A stretch of DNA of 64,000 bases from positions 1 to 64,000 of IMG/VR virus record IMGVR_UViG_3300013132_000025. The stretch is one strand, 5' to 3'. Below are positions 28,101 to 38,900 of the stretch, piece by piece. The stretch is from a virus. A program made the position numbers and the translations under genes. The notes beneath the pieces were generated by a model. The model saw nothing but the letters and a program-made list of their open reading frames with translations, was not told where the DNA came from and did not search any database. Position 1 is the first letter of the stretch. Each line of letters begins with the position of its first letter.

Positions 28101-28279
28101 CTGACAGTGGTGTTAACATAAGCAGTTCCGCCAACCCCAAAAGTTGAAGTATACGCTGTCCCGTGATACAATAGGTCTCGCTCATTGATTATTTCAGGCT
28201 CTGTCTCTGGGCCAAAGCACCGAAGGGTATAAGACGGATCTGTAAAGGCGCTTCCATTAGATAAACGGATATAAGGCAT
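25199..28279 (-). CDS. large minor tail/baseplate protein with C-terminal LamG-like domain
   Basis: 1026 aa; WHQAGFTYD..IKIYFDG. Confidence 0.65.
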   Translation of the reverse strand: MPYIRLSNGSAFTDPSYTLRCFGPETEPEIINERDLLYHGTAYTSTFGVGGTAYVNTTVSEGWVGAPGVTQTFLSGTSNPSLNPGTPYPNAFIQDELNLLTQIGIGKLESVGSPLSENADGYYNNGLYITIGTVDAPGTSAPPNTPAYSLRSTFEDNLLTDFLNGVEDYYIQMPIWDWPGTAVAAGTVSFSSSLNYDDENTVSIPFNAGTAVLINDLSSAGSVVWKINRNVLTNGSVGPGTVDLANVRAIKVDLSAPMVGNEYTFKTGPMKILTNSYDHYKANVDTKRGYLTMERWPGTAQPDLPAIVQDGLFVKNFKYIAKLNAGTVLPGTATPHEFSMYTRVHPDRASYPDKYLKTKVQIDDAKTVISFYEGPTLITSVSTSTTLDNDFYVIVNCKDAFYDAKVFNGKEHFIENLVVETGKIEIADTWLKGQTATAGFDAGEGYAGYEFKPASGQFYLDYLYSQDVVLAEYESKTFESNLPVEAATLFPTAISDTELFFRGQEGFEKVRTTDNFRIGINEVGNLDTDVVITDDNRIIYETESIKVTKSPNAYIASLQYQDIITIPNFSKCIFKVKLRFEDKLMNGKFKVIFWDKNRRRIAFIQELKGLVPDKWNEVEIPLISNILYSDELLFEFGHFGNVSSSGSYWIENPSLTTESVEWEVSNNDGETYLPFLTALSNPYKNVNFPSDNFYSLVIKEEPVILQTFDDWIDIQYQMVGTTNLTVKMTNQYPFDFNPAFLQASGTTSAKFAYPVFMPQTVDTYQTGVQYYIPNCINSLSRDYFACLYDGSYIEIPSVTGFENSIISYFTWFYSNQDEENCNLGKHGDVTFPYTAPYWSFDGLGKLNSGSGNTSIGLTIDGTVLEFDVPTWKDNQWHQAGFTYDNNSIKIYFDGELIGSSAASLVGSMPIFTGPFRINGPVSVSTAQLPILNTAVKKLDVETPFMWLNAIISYNKVIDSSTVKQHYNAARSEYNKLKVRAKAYTKDAWIASYELIPKYATLGRVITPTSATLQFDFSQFNISRFGV

Positions 28280-31035
28280 TAGAAGGCAACTCCATTAAAA
28301 CTTTCCGCTCCATATTCTACAATATTTCTTGAGCCGATTACAAACTGTTGTTCGGGAGAAATCGTCCATCTCCAGTCTTTTTCAAAAAAAGTGTTTGTCT
28401 GAATAGTAGAGTCATCAACAAGACTCTCTCTATAATTAAAAGCATCGCTACGAGCAGTTTTGTCTTTTTTGTAAAACTTTACTTCACGAATTGCTACATA
28501 ATAACCTATGTTAGCAGATCTAGGTGATTTAATTACCTTATAAGCGTGGCGACATTTTCTCATAAACCACATATCGGGCCAATTTTTTTCTTCTACTATT
28601 CTTGTTCTATCTGACTTTGTAGAAACCGTGATAAGCGGTTTTGCAACAATTGGATTTTCTGGAATCCAATTCACAGAGTCTTCTACTGTAATTGAATATC
28701 TATACTTATTATCAACTAGTTTTGGCTTTACTGTATTTAAAAGATTTTGCTGGTATAAATTAGAAGAAAGATTTGGGTATAGAATTATTTCATTATCTAA
28801 AATTGGAGTAGTGCTTTTTTCTGTTTCGGGGTTTTTCCATACCTGATATTCTGACAAAACAGAACTCTTACGATTTGTTTGAACAAAATCAATAATGCTT
28901 TTGGGAGTTTCATCTTTTAATTTATCCATTTTTGGACCGATTAGGCCAAGGCTAGATGCGTTAAACGAAACACGATTGTAAATAGAAGGGTCTTGGAGGG
29001 GATCATTTATCGCCCCGGATGGGTTTGAGTAAATATATCCCTCCACCCAACTTGGAAAAGTCCGATAGGTAACGTCAAGTTGAATTGGCAAACTTAAAGA
29101 ATTGTAAGGAGTAACTGCCAACTTTGTGAATTCAAGTTTTATATATTTTGCATAAATTGTTTCAACAAGTTTAAAATTTCCACGTTTTAATAAATAATGA
29201 CGAGGCACTGGAGTCCAAAGTTTATTGTCCAAATTGTCAGAATTTGTATCGTCGTTACTGTAATAAACATGCATTAAACATTCTGGGGTAAGGGGGTCTA
29301 AATAAAGTTCATCAATAAAAGAAGGATCAGATCCTGTTCTTACGTCAAAATATAAACTTTCTACAGCGAAGCGAGATGGGTTAACTTGACTTTGCCAGTA
29401 AGTATTTTCATTTTCATCAAATGCTTTTGAAGAGTCGTAGGTTTTAGCCTCTGTGACATACGCATTGCCAAGAATGTCTACCCCGCTATTTGGAACAAAA
29501 TCATCTATTGATGCAATAACTTGAGCGAGTTTTAAGTTTCTTACTTCAACAGACCACGGGAATGGATCGGAATTAAAAAACGGAAATGGATCTGTTCTTC
29601 TAGAAAAGACAATTTGAATATCTTTTGCATTAATAGTATCAAAATATAAAACAATATTTTGCCAACTATAGTCTCCAGAACCGTTATAGAATATTCTAGT
29701 TTCATTATTCATATCAGTTCTGTAGTTAATGAGTTCCCAATCTTGTGTTGTCTCATCATAATAAAATATATCTATATCTAAAGGTTTTTGACAAAGTTCA
29801 AATTGGATCATATTCAGCGGTCTTACTTTACCCAGATCAACTGTTAAAGTTTCTTGAGCGGCAGGAAGGCGCTCTTGAGATGCCCAAAATAATTTTGTGG
29901 GTTTATTTAGGCTAAAGTTTTCATCAGCAAAATATCCAACTGGGTAATGCTCATTGATTACAAAAGAATCCTTGCCGGGATTTTTAAGAGTCCAAGGGCT
30001 GTTAAATTTATATATATCTGGATTGTCAGAAAGGGCTTGATCTGCTGAATACGGATATGTGTTTGTTCCTCGCTTTAAGTGAGTAAATAGATTTTGTTGA
30101 TCTGTAGAAAAGTTTCCTAAATGAAATGTGCTTGCTTCAATTGAATTGACAGTTAAATAAATAACTGATTCAGCACGATTTGAGTAAGCCTGAGTCGGGG
30201 CTTCTACAGATTCTCCGCTTACAATCCAATTGTTTTTATTTGTGTAAGAATAGTCAATAAGACTATTACCAGTAACATATCTTTGTATATAAAAATTGTA
30301 ACTAGAGGCAGTTCCGCTATTGATTGGAACCTCAGTCAAAGCATTAGAAGAAACTTCTATACTGTAAATTCCATTTGCCGGTTTAATTCTTCTAACAACT
30401 TCGGTAATCCTTCTACGTTCTTGCGGAGTAATAGATGCAATTTGGGGTCTAATAACAAATTCTTGAGAAGAGTTTAAGAAACCATAGTCAGGAATACCAA
30501 TTGGCTGATCTGAGTTAATATCATCTAGATATTTCCACCTTTCAAAAACCTCACACTCATAGCCTGTTGCGGCTCGTCCCAATAATTTAAGGCCTTCTTC
30601 TGTATTCCCTAAATTTGAACCACGCATAAAATCTTGCGCTCTGGCTTTGAACCAAGCATCTTTTCTTTTAATCTCAGCCCACTGATCTTGTGTGAGCATC
30701 TGATTGTATGGATCGTAATTATAAATTTCATCACTCAATCTTGTCAATTGAATGGTATTTGAAAAAAGAACATCTAAATCATTAAAATCTGTTGAAGATA
30801 ATGACTGATAAAGTTTTGGTGCTAGTAAGGCTTTTTTAATTGAGTTTACGCCAGCATCGCCCAAAATTGAATACAGAAATTTATAGATAAGACTGTCTGA
30901 ATTTAGATTATAAACCTCTTCTGGAAAGAAGTCTTTTAACCTCTCCATAAAATCTACAGGCGGATTTAATCCTTCAACTATTTCTCTTTTTTCTATTAAT
31001 TGACCATTATTTAACAGAGTAAAGATATTAGCCAT
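28279..31035 (-). CDS. baseplate wedge/minor tail protein with discoidin-like domains
   Basis: 918 aa, follows baseplate J; LTVDLG, AFDENENTYWQS. Confidence 0.65.
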   Translation of the reverse strand: MANIFTLLNNGQLIEKREIVEGLNPPVDFMERLKDFFPEEVYNLNSDSLIYKFLYSILGDAGVNSIKKALLAPKLYQSLSSTDFNDLDVLFSNTIQLTRLSDEIYNYDPYNQMLTQDQWAEIKRKDAWFKARAQDFMRGSNLGNTEEGLKLLGRAATGYECEVFERWKYLDDINSDQPIGIPDYGFLNSSQEFVIRPQIASITPQERRRITEVVRRIKPANGIYSIEVSSNALTEVPINSGTASSYNFYIQRYVTGNSLIDYSYTNKNNWIVSGESVEAPTQAYSNRAESVIYLTVNSIEASTFHLGNFSTDQQNLFTHLKRGTNTYPYSADQALSDNPDIYKFNSPWTLKNPGKDSFVINEHYPVGYFADENFSLNKPTKLFWASQERLPAAQETLTVDLGKVRPLNMIQFELCQKPLDIDIFYYDETTQDWELINYRTDMNNETRIFYNGSGDYSWQNIVLYFDTINAKDIQIVFSRRTDPFPFFNSDPFPWSVEVRNLKLAQVIASIDDFVPNSGVDILGNAYVTEAKTYDSSKAFDENENTYWQSQVNPSRFAVESLYFDVRTGSDPSFIDELYLDPLTPECLMHVYYSNDDTNSDNLDNKLWTPVPRHYLLKRGNFKLVETIYAKYIKLEFTKLAVTPYNSLSLPIQLDVTYRTFPSWVEGYIYSNPSGAINDPLQDPSIYNRVSFNASSLGLIGPKMDKLKDETPKSIIDFVQTNRKSSVLSEYQVWKNPETEKSTTPILDNEIILYPNLSSNLYQQNLLNTVKPKLVDNKYRYSITVEDSVNWIPENPIVAKPLITVSTKSDRTRIVEEKNWPDMWFMRKCRHAYKVIKSPRSANIGYYVAIREVKFYKKDKTARSDAFNYRESLVDDSTIQTNTFFEKDWRWTISPEQQFVIGSRNIVEYGAESFNGVAF

Positions 31036-33444
31036 TTAAACTATCCAATTATTTTGGGTCTTTTGAATCGGCGCAACAGGAGCGCTTGTTCCGTTAGTGT
31101 CTGGACCTAATGAATAGAACGCCGGAAGATCAATATCTTCTAGCAAAAAGTCTTCTTCATAAATTGATATGTTTGTTCCGTTGGTGGTCACTTCTTCTAA
31201 GCCGTAATGCACAGCATCGTCAGCACTTGTTGCAAAGCGAACATTATCTACTCCCGGAGTTTGATAAACAATTTGTAGAATGTCATTTAATTGTATAACC
31301 GCTCCAAAAAGTTGATTATTAAAATATGTCTCTAAATTGTTAGCAATATTTGTATTTACTGAATTAACAACAAATCCATTACTATAGATAACAACAAGGT
31401 TTGCAATAAAGTAGCGGAACCTTGCTGTGTGAACAAGAACATCTTGCCCAATCTGCCTGTGACTATCCATAATCTTATTTGTAATAAATGGAAGTTTGTC
31501 AAAAGTATATTCAATCGAAAATACACTCTGATTAATTTCGTTTGCCATCGTAGAGGTGATTTCAACTCCGTCACGACAACGTGCGCTATCTCTTAGATCT
31601 GTAATATCCTTAAGAAGCCAATAGTCGGTTCCTAGTGTATAATCTTGTCCATTTATATTTAAAATAGAAGGAATAGTTCTTACCGGCGTCCACACGAGAT
31701 TTATAAAATAGTTTGCCGTCCCCGGATGTGTTGTCGTATTGTCTCTATAAAAATTCTGATAGTGGTACTTATCATAAATATCATTCTTGATAAGATTACC
31801 CGGCCCTGCGGTAACGTCTTCAGCAGATTCTGTATTTTGTCCTGAAATGAAAACATCAATCTTGTTTAGATTTGAATAGTTATTAACAGTATCAATAATA
31901 TTTCTGCTCCACTTTGAAAGATATTCATACTCTAAGAATACAACAGAGCCGTCTGTTAGATCGTCAGTCGGAGGTTCTCCGACAGCAACGGATGAATTGT
32001 CATAAAAAGCAGTAATGTGTGCGATTGCAGTTCCACTAGAACTTGCGCTTCCAATTGAAGAAGTCCCAGAAGCATTTATATAAGTAATTGAAGAAGAACC
32101 AATCGCATACACGGTTCCAGAAGAGGGGGAAACGGTTGTGGCGGTTCCGACAGTAACAGTTCCCACAGAGATAGTCCCACCAACTTCAATCCCAGTAAGA
32201 GTTGCGCTACCAGAACCAAGATAAAGAGTTGTTGTACCCCCGGCTGCTCTGGCAAAAGAAGTTACTGCAAAGGTGCCGTGGGTAGCAATTGTTCCAACTT
32301 TTTCCCAAATGGGATTAGAAACTCCAAGATCTTTTCTATAAATATTTTTGGAAGTGACCGAACCACCCGCCAAAGATGTTCCAGAACTGTTATAGATATG
32401 AGTAACCGTTCCAACCTCATTGGAAAAAGTAACTTCGTTACTTGAAGGGCTAATTCCACTTTGCCCACCGGGCGTATAATTGTAACTATATGCATATTGA
32501 TAATTTCCAATTAAGAAATCTTCGTCAAGAGAAGTGCCCGCAACTGGAGTTCCTGTTGGAGCAGGATTTCTCAAATTTTCTGCATAAATCTGAGGAACTG
32601 GAGGGTCTGTCGCAGAGATAACATAAGTGTAATCTATATCTGGGGTATAAAAACGAGAAACATCGTTGCCCTCGGTGCTTAAATAATAGTTGAAATCATA
32701 AACATACTTTGAATTCGGATTAAAACTTGAAGCACTTCCTTGAGCATCAAGGGTCGTATATTCATTAAATTTACTTACGGGGCCAATAATGGTTGCTCTA
32801 TTAGTATATTGATTAGCAATTGCTAGGGCTAAGAATTGGTCGTCAGTTCCCGCAATGTTGCGAAAAATATTGTTTTTAAATCTAACCTTTAATTCATCAT
32901 CAGTTTCTTGGTTTGTTCCACCAGTCGTAGAGGTATAATTATTTACAATAGCAACATCGGAAACTTTGGTAATGATTCGATTAATCTTATTGGCTGTTAC
33001 ATTGCCAACTTCGCCAGCAGCGGTCGCTTCAATTGGCACTTCTGCATAAGTACCGTTTTCAGGTATGACTCCATCGGCCACAGTTATGAATAGAATTTGA
33101 GAAGAAACGGCAGAGGCGGTAGTGCTTATCTGAGTACCTGATGGGATAAAAATAGCAGTAGGAGATGGGGTTTTTCTACTAAAGGTAACAAATCCAGAAG
33201 CGCGACGGGCTGTTTGCCTTGCAAAGCCAAAGAGTTGAACAAAGTCATCAAGATCTTGACCAAATTTAGTATCTAAGTCTAATTGATATCTTTGAATAAA
33301 CTGGTCAAACTGAATATCTGCCAAAGATTGAGAGACAACATCAATAATTTTTCTTTCAGGGGTTCCTACTTCTAACGAGATTTCTGGATCTAAAACGTAT
33401 AGTTGGTCTCTTATTCTCTTACTAATCTCTTCTTGCGTAAACAT
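31036..33444 (-). CDS. baseplate J-like protein
   Basis: LD....FGF.R..A..A.G.VTF, IP.GT, GGT..ETDDEL..R. Confidence 0.85.
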   Translation of the reverse strand: MFTQEEISKRIRDQLYVLDPEISLEVGTPERKIIDVVSQSLADIQFDQFIQRYQLDLDTKFGQDLDDFVQLFGFARQTARRASGFVTFSRKTPSPTAIFIPSGTQISTTASAVSSQILFITVADGVIPENGTYAEVPIEATAAGEVGNVTANKINRIITKVSDVAIVNNYTSTTGGTNQETDDELKVRFKNNIFRNIAGTDDQFLALAIANQYTNRATIIGPVSKFNEYTTLDAQGSASSFNPNSKYVYDFNYYLSTEGNDVSRFYTPDIDYTYVISATDPPVPQIYAENLRNPAPTGTPVAGTSLDEDFLIGNYQYAYSYNYTPGGQSGISPSSNEVTFSNEVGTVTHIYNSSGTSLAGGSVTSKNIYRKDLGVSNPIWEKVGTIATHGTFAVTSFARAAGGTTTLYLGSGSATLTGIEVGGTISVGTVTVGTATTVSPSSGTVYAIGSSSITYINASGTSSIGSASSSGTAIAHITAFYDNSSVAVGEPPTDDLTDGSVVFLEYEYLSKWSRNIIDTVNNYSNLNKIDVFISGQNTESAEDVTAGPGNLIKNDIYDKYHYQNFYRDNTTTHPGTANYFINLVWTPVRTIPSILNINGQDYTLGTDYWLLKDITDLRDSARCRDGVEITSTMANEINQSVFSIEYTFDKLPFITNKIMDSHRQIGQDVLVHTARFRYFIANLVVIYSNGFVVNSVNTNIANNLETYFNNQLFGAVIQLNDILQIVYQTPGVDNVRFATSADDAVHYGLEEVTTNGTNISIYEEDFLLEDIDLPAFYSLGPDTNGTSAPVAPIQKTQNNWIV

Positions 33445-33451
33445 ATATTAA

Positions 33452-33943
33452 TTATCCCCCATAAGTTTGTGCAGTAGATGGTGTTTGAACGGGAATGTCG
33501 AATTGAAAAGCATCTCCACTAACCATTTCTAAATCAACCCTTACATATAGTGTGTCGTAATCTCGTTGATAATATATATTAAAATTTTCTATTATCTCGT
33601 CATCTGAAAAAGTATATAACCCATTATACTTTTGCAATTCAACTCGCAAACGTGACATTTGCTTTACTTGATACTCATTGATAATTCTTGATATTTCAGA
33701 AACTACCATTTGAGAATAGTCGTCTTCAAAGATATTTAAACGACCATTAGCATAGATAGAAGTTCCTTCCTCTCCAATATCAATAAAAGAACCTAATTCT
33801 GGGTTAAGGGGGTCCGTACCATATGGCTCTCTTATCCAACATATTAAGTCTTGGACCGTTTTAGATGGGCCTTGGACTGTTTCTATACTATTTCCGGGGC
33901 CTTTAACGATATCCCCATTAAAAAGCCTTAAACTCCAAGTCAT
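33452..33943 (-). CDS. baseplate wedge gp25-like protein
   Basis: QDL..W..EPYGTD..NP..GS; position before baseplate J. Confidence 0.7.
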   Translation of the reverse strand: MTWSLRLFNGDIVKGPGNSIETVQGPSKTVQDLICWIREPYGTDPLNPELGSFIDIGEEGTSIYANGRLNIFEDDYSQMVVSEISRIINEYQVKQMSRLRVELQKYNGLYTFSDDEIIENFNIYYQRDYDTLYVRVDLEMVSGDAFQFDIPVQTPSTAQTYGG

Positions 33944-33996
33944 ATTTAAAATAAACCTCTCTAATTAGGTGACGCTATCTGCAACATTACTGCCCT

Positions 33997-35058
33997 TTAA
34001 GCCCCGTTGTATGGCAAAATAGTAATCGGTTCTGGATCATCATTAACATCTGCCTGCACTCGGATGGGAATAATCTTCATCCACATAAACTTCAAACTCA
34101 AACTACCCGAGGCTAAAGCGTTAATTTTAAAACCTTCTCTTAAAATATCATTCTTTTGAAGAGTAATAATGTCGCTTGTTAACTTGTAACTTGTCGCAAC
34201 AGTTAGTGAAGTATTTGCATCATGCACATAACCAGAAAGAGTATATCCGGGAGTACCCCCATTTAATGAAAGACCAAGACTGAAAGAAGCATTGTTGTGA
34301 GTGGATGTAACTTCTGCTCCTCCAGATATGATGTACTCTCCAGTGTAAGGAATTGTAAGAGCGGGTATGGACGGAGATTGTGTATTATACCAAACCCCTA
34401 CTACACTACCACTAACAGTCGCGGTAGAAAAACTCATGTATTCTGGGCCGCCAACAAAATCCCACTTATAAGAAGAATTAGAACTGGTTCTATATCTAAA
34501 TCCCCAAACAATATCATCTTGAGATATTAATACTTTTTCTTCTTGCCCATTTACCACATTTCTTGTTGGTAGATATGTTTTAAGTGGCGTAATTAGTCGG
34601 CTAGATATATTTACAGTTCCTGCATTTATTTGATCCAGAGTTGCTGAACCATAGAGTGCGCTCCCGGGAAAGGTTGCCGTGCCTAGTTCTGCAAAACTAT
34701 TTTTTGCCTTGTTAAAATCACAAATAAGTTCTTGTTCTGGGTTAAGAAACAATCTAGAAGGAGCATTAACTCTCACATCTCCTCCAATTAAATCACCAAC
34801 AGGTAATGTTTCGCTATCTTCTTCAAATCTAGAATGAGTTACCCAGTTATTATCTAACTTGGTTACAAGCCAATGTTCTCCAATTTTTGGCACTTGTACA
34901 TAAGAGGGTTGAAAAAAAGCAAAAGTAACTTGGATTTGTTGATTTGCGGAATCTCTTCCTTCAATATATCCACTTACAGGATCACACTGAGTAATTCTTA
35001 TCTTTTTATATGAATACGCTTGATTCATCAAACGATATTCAGGAGTATTTCCCATCAT
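33997..35058 (-). CDS. putative baseplate spike/hub protein with fibre-like C-terminal domain
   Basis: N-terminal PKIGEHWLV (OB-fold-like); C-terminus similar to ORF 38..1024. Confidence 0.5.
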   Translation of the reverse strand: MMGNTPEYRLMNQAYSYKKIRITQCDPVSGYIEGRDSANQQIQVTFAFFQPSYVQVPKIGEHWLVTKLDNNWVTHSRFEEDSETLPVGDLIGGDVRVNAPSRLFLNPEQELICDFNKAKNSFAELGTATFPGSALYGSATLDQINAGTVNISSRLITPLKTYLPTRNVVNGQEEKVLISQDDIVWGFRYRTSSNSSYKWDFVGGPEYMSFSTATVSGSVVGVWYNTQSPSIPALTIPYTGEYIISGGAEVTSTHNNASFSLGLSLNGGTPGYTLSGYVHDANTSLTVATSYKLTSDIITLQKNDILREGFKINALASGSLSLKFMWMKIIPIRVQADVNDDPEPITILPYNGA

Positions 35059-35900
35059 TCTCCAAATATCCTTCCAAATGTAACCGTCTTACCTAAAACT
35101 TCATCTTCTGTATTCTTAAGATTATAGGTGTGTTTCTTTCCATACACACCACGCCCGCCTTGACCAGAGATGCCAAAAGAAATGCCACCAGAACTGTTTA
35201 CAGTTACTTCCTTATCTGGCCCAGTGTTGCCTTCTATTGTTGTAAAAAGACCGATTTTCCCTCGGTTTTCCCAAGGCTTAATTAACCATTTAGAGAAAAA
35301 GCCAACATGATCATTTTCGTAATCTTCAGTCTCTAAACCAAAAACAACAAGGTCTCCTGCTTGAACTTGCTTTACAGAAATTTCTTTTAGTTGTCTCTTA
35401 CCAATTAATCCACGTTCTCCCCAAGTTAATGCTAAAGCCAAGCCGTTTGTGTTTTTAATATCTTTAAATCCTGCTTGATAATAACACCATGCTGTAAACG
35501 ATGCACACCAAGCGGCATTGTAAGCGCCAGTAATTTCTTGATAGGGAGGAATTCCGGCATTAGGACTGCTACTGATATGTGGGCCAGCACTATTACCTTC
35601 AGTTGCTCTAATTTCTTTTTTGAATTCACAATAAGCAAATTCATAAGCGCGACGACGAACTAAAATGTTTGGCCTGTATTTATTACTTTCATAAAACGTT
35701 TTTCTTGGGTTTCTTTTTGTAAAATCAAACGGACTATTTTTTATTTCTAAAGAAAATACTTCAAATATATCTTTACTTTTGGGAGTTGCACAGACAGCAG
35801 GAAAGCCGGTAAAAGATTTAATAGTCGTAGGGAGAACTTTTCCATAGAAGGGATCAAACAATTGTTTTTTATTTAAAGGGCTAATGATATTACGGGGCAT
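35055..35900 (-). CDS. tail-associated CHAP peptidoglycan hydrolase
   Basis: AWCASF, GDLVVF, DHVG, TIEGNT. Confidence 0.8.
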   Translation of the reverse strand: MPRNIISPLNKKQLFDPFYGKVLPTTIKSFTGFPAVCATPKSKDIFEVFSLEIKNSPFDFTKRNPRKTFYESNKYRPNILVRRRAYEFAYCEFKKEIRATEGNSAGPHISSSPNAGIPPYQEITGAYNAAWCASFTAWCYYQAGFKDIKNTNGLALALTWGERGLIGKRQLKEISVKQVQAGDLVVFGLETEDYENDHVGFFSKWLIKPWENRGKIGLFTTIEGNTGPDKEVTVNSSGGISFGISGQGGRGVYGKKHTYNLKNTEDEVLGKTVTFGRIFGE

Positions 35901-35902
35901 TT

Positions 35903-38900
35903 TTAATCATCTCCATCTTGGGCATCAGCAGGCTCATATGAAGTTCCTGATTGTCCCGAACCAGTTCCGGGTCTTGCTGCTCCAGCACTATTGCCAGTAC
36001 GAGAACGAGTCTTTGGAGGTATTTTAACTCTAACTCTTTTTCTTTTAGATTCACCATCTGATGCTTGATCTGGAGCAGCGACGAGAGCCATAGCCCACTG
36101 ATTACCTTTATTAGTTGTACCGGGAGCCATCAAGAGCGCTTCTGTATAAAATCCATTTTGATAACTAAACGAATGAGTGACTTCTTTTACATAAAAAGTT
36201 ACAGACGTTTTTGGGTAGTTTGCAATTTGAGGATTTACATCTAATTCAACAATCATACCGGGAAATAATTCCGGCATAAAGGTCAGTTCTACTCTTGTAA
36301 TAAATTGCTCTGCCCATTTTTGAATGAAGGTGTGATAAGCATAAAAGAATTCAAATATTGGATGACGAATAGTAGGAATCTTTTCTAGATATGGTCTAGC
36401 ACCATATCTTTCTAAGAATTTATATGCAGATCCTTGTCCTTCAAGAATTGATCCTCTCGGCCTCTTTTTTGCACTTTTTATTTGATCAGCACTTAATTGA
36501 GAAGTATCTTCTAACGTTTCTATATCTTCTTTAGTCAAATCTTCATTTTCGAATGGTCTTAAAAATGAATCTAGTATGTAAGGTCTTTCGATTGTCACCA
36601 CTCCCGAACCAAGGAGTTTTTCATACCACTCTAAGCGTATATTTGATGCATCAGATTGGTTTAAGCCAAACGGGTTTCCCAAGACATAAACATGAGTTAC
36701 AAGTTGGCGATCTGAAAGGCTTATTGTGCAACTTTTAATTTCAGTTGTGTTTACTCTTAGCCAAGGATTCTTTTGACTTAAGTTAAAGTAATCGGGGTAC
36801 CACGCCATAAAGTCTCCATTAGGCAAAGATGCAAAAGTTCTCATTGATGCTTTACAAATCTCTCCAACTGATTCAAAAAGTTTTACATCATTTTCAAGAG
36901 CGCGGTCTCCCGTAAGGAGAATTGATTCAAGAAGACTCCCGGGAAAGTTGAATGCAACATTAAATGCAACAGTTTTTGCTAGAAGGAAACTGTTTACGGA
37001 CCCAGTACCACCCTCGCCAGAACCAGAACTGCTGCCACCAGAAGGAGGGTTTGTTGTTGTGCCAATTTTGTTATGCTCACATAACTTATAACGATCACTC
37101 TCTATAAATCTTTTAACAGTGCTGTACTGTGGCCCACGACGCTCTCCATAGTTTGCAGATGTATCGGGCCTAGTACATTCTGCTACTTGGCCGTCTGCCG
37201 AAACTACAATACAAACGTGGCCACCTCCCGCACCAGTGTTTGACACAAAAAGATGACCCGGCTTGTAGGCTGTTTTGTCTGCAATGATAGTTGAATTTGA
37301 TTCAAGATTTCCAGTTAGTTGATTTTCGTTTTTTGAAATAAGTCCTGCGCTTCTCATCGCCGCCCCGATAAAACTAGAACAATCAAAACAACGCGATTGC
37401 TCTCTTGTTTTTGCCATAACTTCTTCTATCGTTGCTTTATCATTACGACTTGGAATATTTGCTGGACCTCCAATGCCCATACTATAACCAAGATCCCAAT
37501 TACCTTCAGTATCGTTGTGGTCAACCGCTAGCCTGATTGCTGCAATAACTTTAGATGCAGGAGTATCATCACCGAGATTTATTTGCCCCGATCCTCCAGC
37601 GCCTTCTGTTCCCGAAGCAATTGACTCTTGCAAATTTTTTGCTTTGACTTTATCTTGATATTTAATAACTGTAGTTAAGAAACTATTTGCCATTTTAGTT
37701 ATATCATACTGAAGTCTCGTTCCGTCAGAAGGAAGTTCTGTGATCAGTGCGGCAGAAGAATTTGTATAATAAAACCCATAGTAGTTTCTCATACCTTTGC
37801 GAGCGCCATCTCTTGCTCCCGTTACAGATTTGCCACTTATGTTTGAAGCAACTTCTCCAAATATGTTTGCAAGTTGTGCTGAATTTTTATGCAAACCATT
37901 ATCTTCACTAATTATGTTTCTTCCGCCTTCTCCAGATTCGGGCAAAGTCCATCCAGTACCGCCGTCTGAATATTGATTAGGCCCCGGCAATCCGGGATCT
38001 TTAGAAAGATTACCTTGACGAGAATCTTTGCTTGGATATGCCATTCCAATTTTATTATCATTATATGTAGCGGCATCGTGATGTATTGATATATATACAT
38101 CTCCTGCCCATCCTTGAGGGCGAGAAGTGTAAGCAAAATTTATATTAATTTTATCTTTTGTTACTTGAGGAAGTGCATTGTAAAGTCTTTCAATTTCTTT
38201 AACAACGGCTATATTTGCATCTCTTTCAACAACGGCTTTTCCATTACTACGGCGATAAGTTGTGCCATCGCCCGCTTGATTTTGATAACCCGGTTGTCTT
38301 GGATCAGAATGCCCTGCTTCAATATATACGGAAAGTGAGGTATTAGACCCTCCGGTATTAGAAGAAGGATTGTTGGCGTTAGGAGTGTTTGGATTAGTTT
38401 GTGGTTCACTAGCAGACCCAATTCCTTGACCTGTAATAGAATATGGTTTTGTTGGGTCTACAGGATTTGCACTATTTGCCATTTGCTTCCAAAATGAAAT
38501 TACATTATTCTTATGTTCTTGATTATTTTGCGTCCAGTTAACTATCCAGCCATCAACAGTTTGATTAGGATCTCCATTTAAATAATAATTGTTTGGCTTT
38601 GGTTGTCTAATTTCTTGAGCAGAGGCTTTAATTGAAGCAACTCTAGAAGGAAATGCTCTATTCTCCTTACCCAAACCAAACATATTATAGTATCCTCCTT
38701 TTTCGGGAGCCTGCCCTTGACCATTGGTTCCATAGTGAGTTTCTGCCGCCGCAACTGCTGCTAAAAATCTTGGGTCAATATTATAATTTTCTCCATATTT
38801 AACAAAATCTTCTCCAGTCACATCGGTTTGGTAATATTGATTTTTTTTAATATTTTGATTAATAATTGAAACTATTTGACTTCGATTTGTTAATTTAGCA

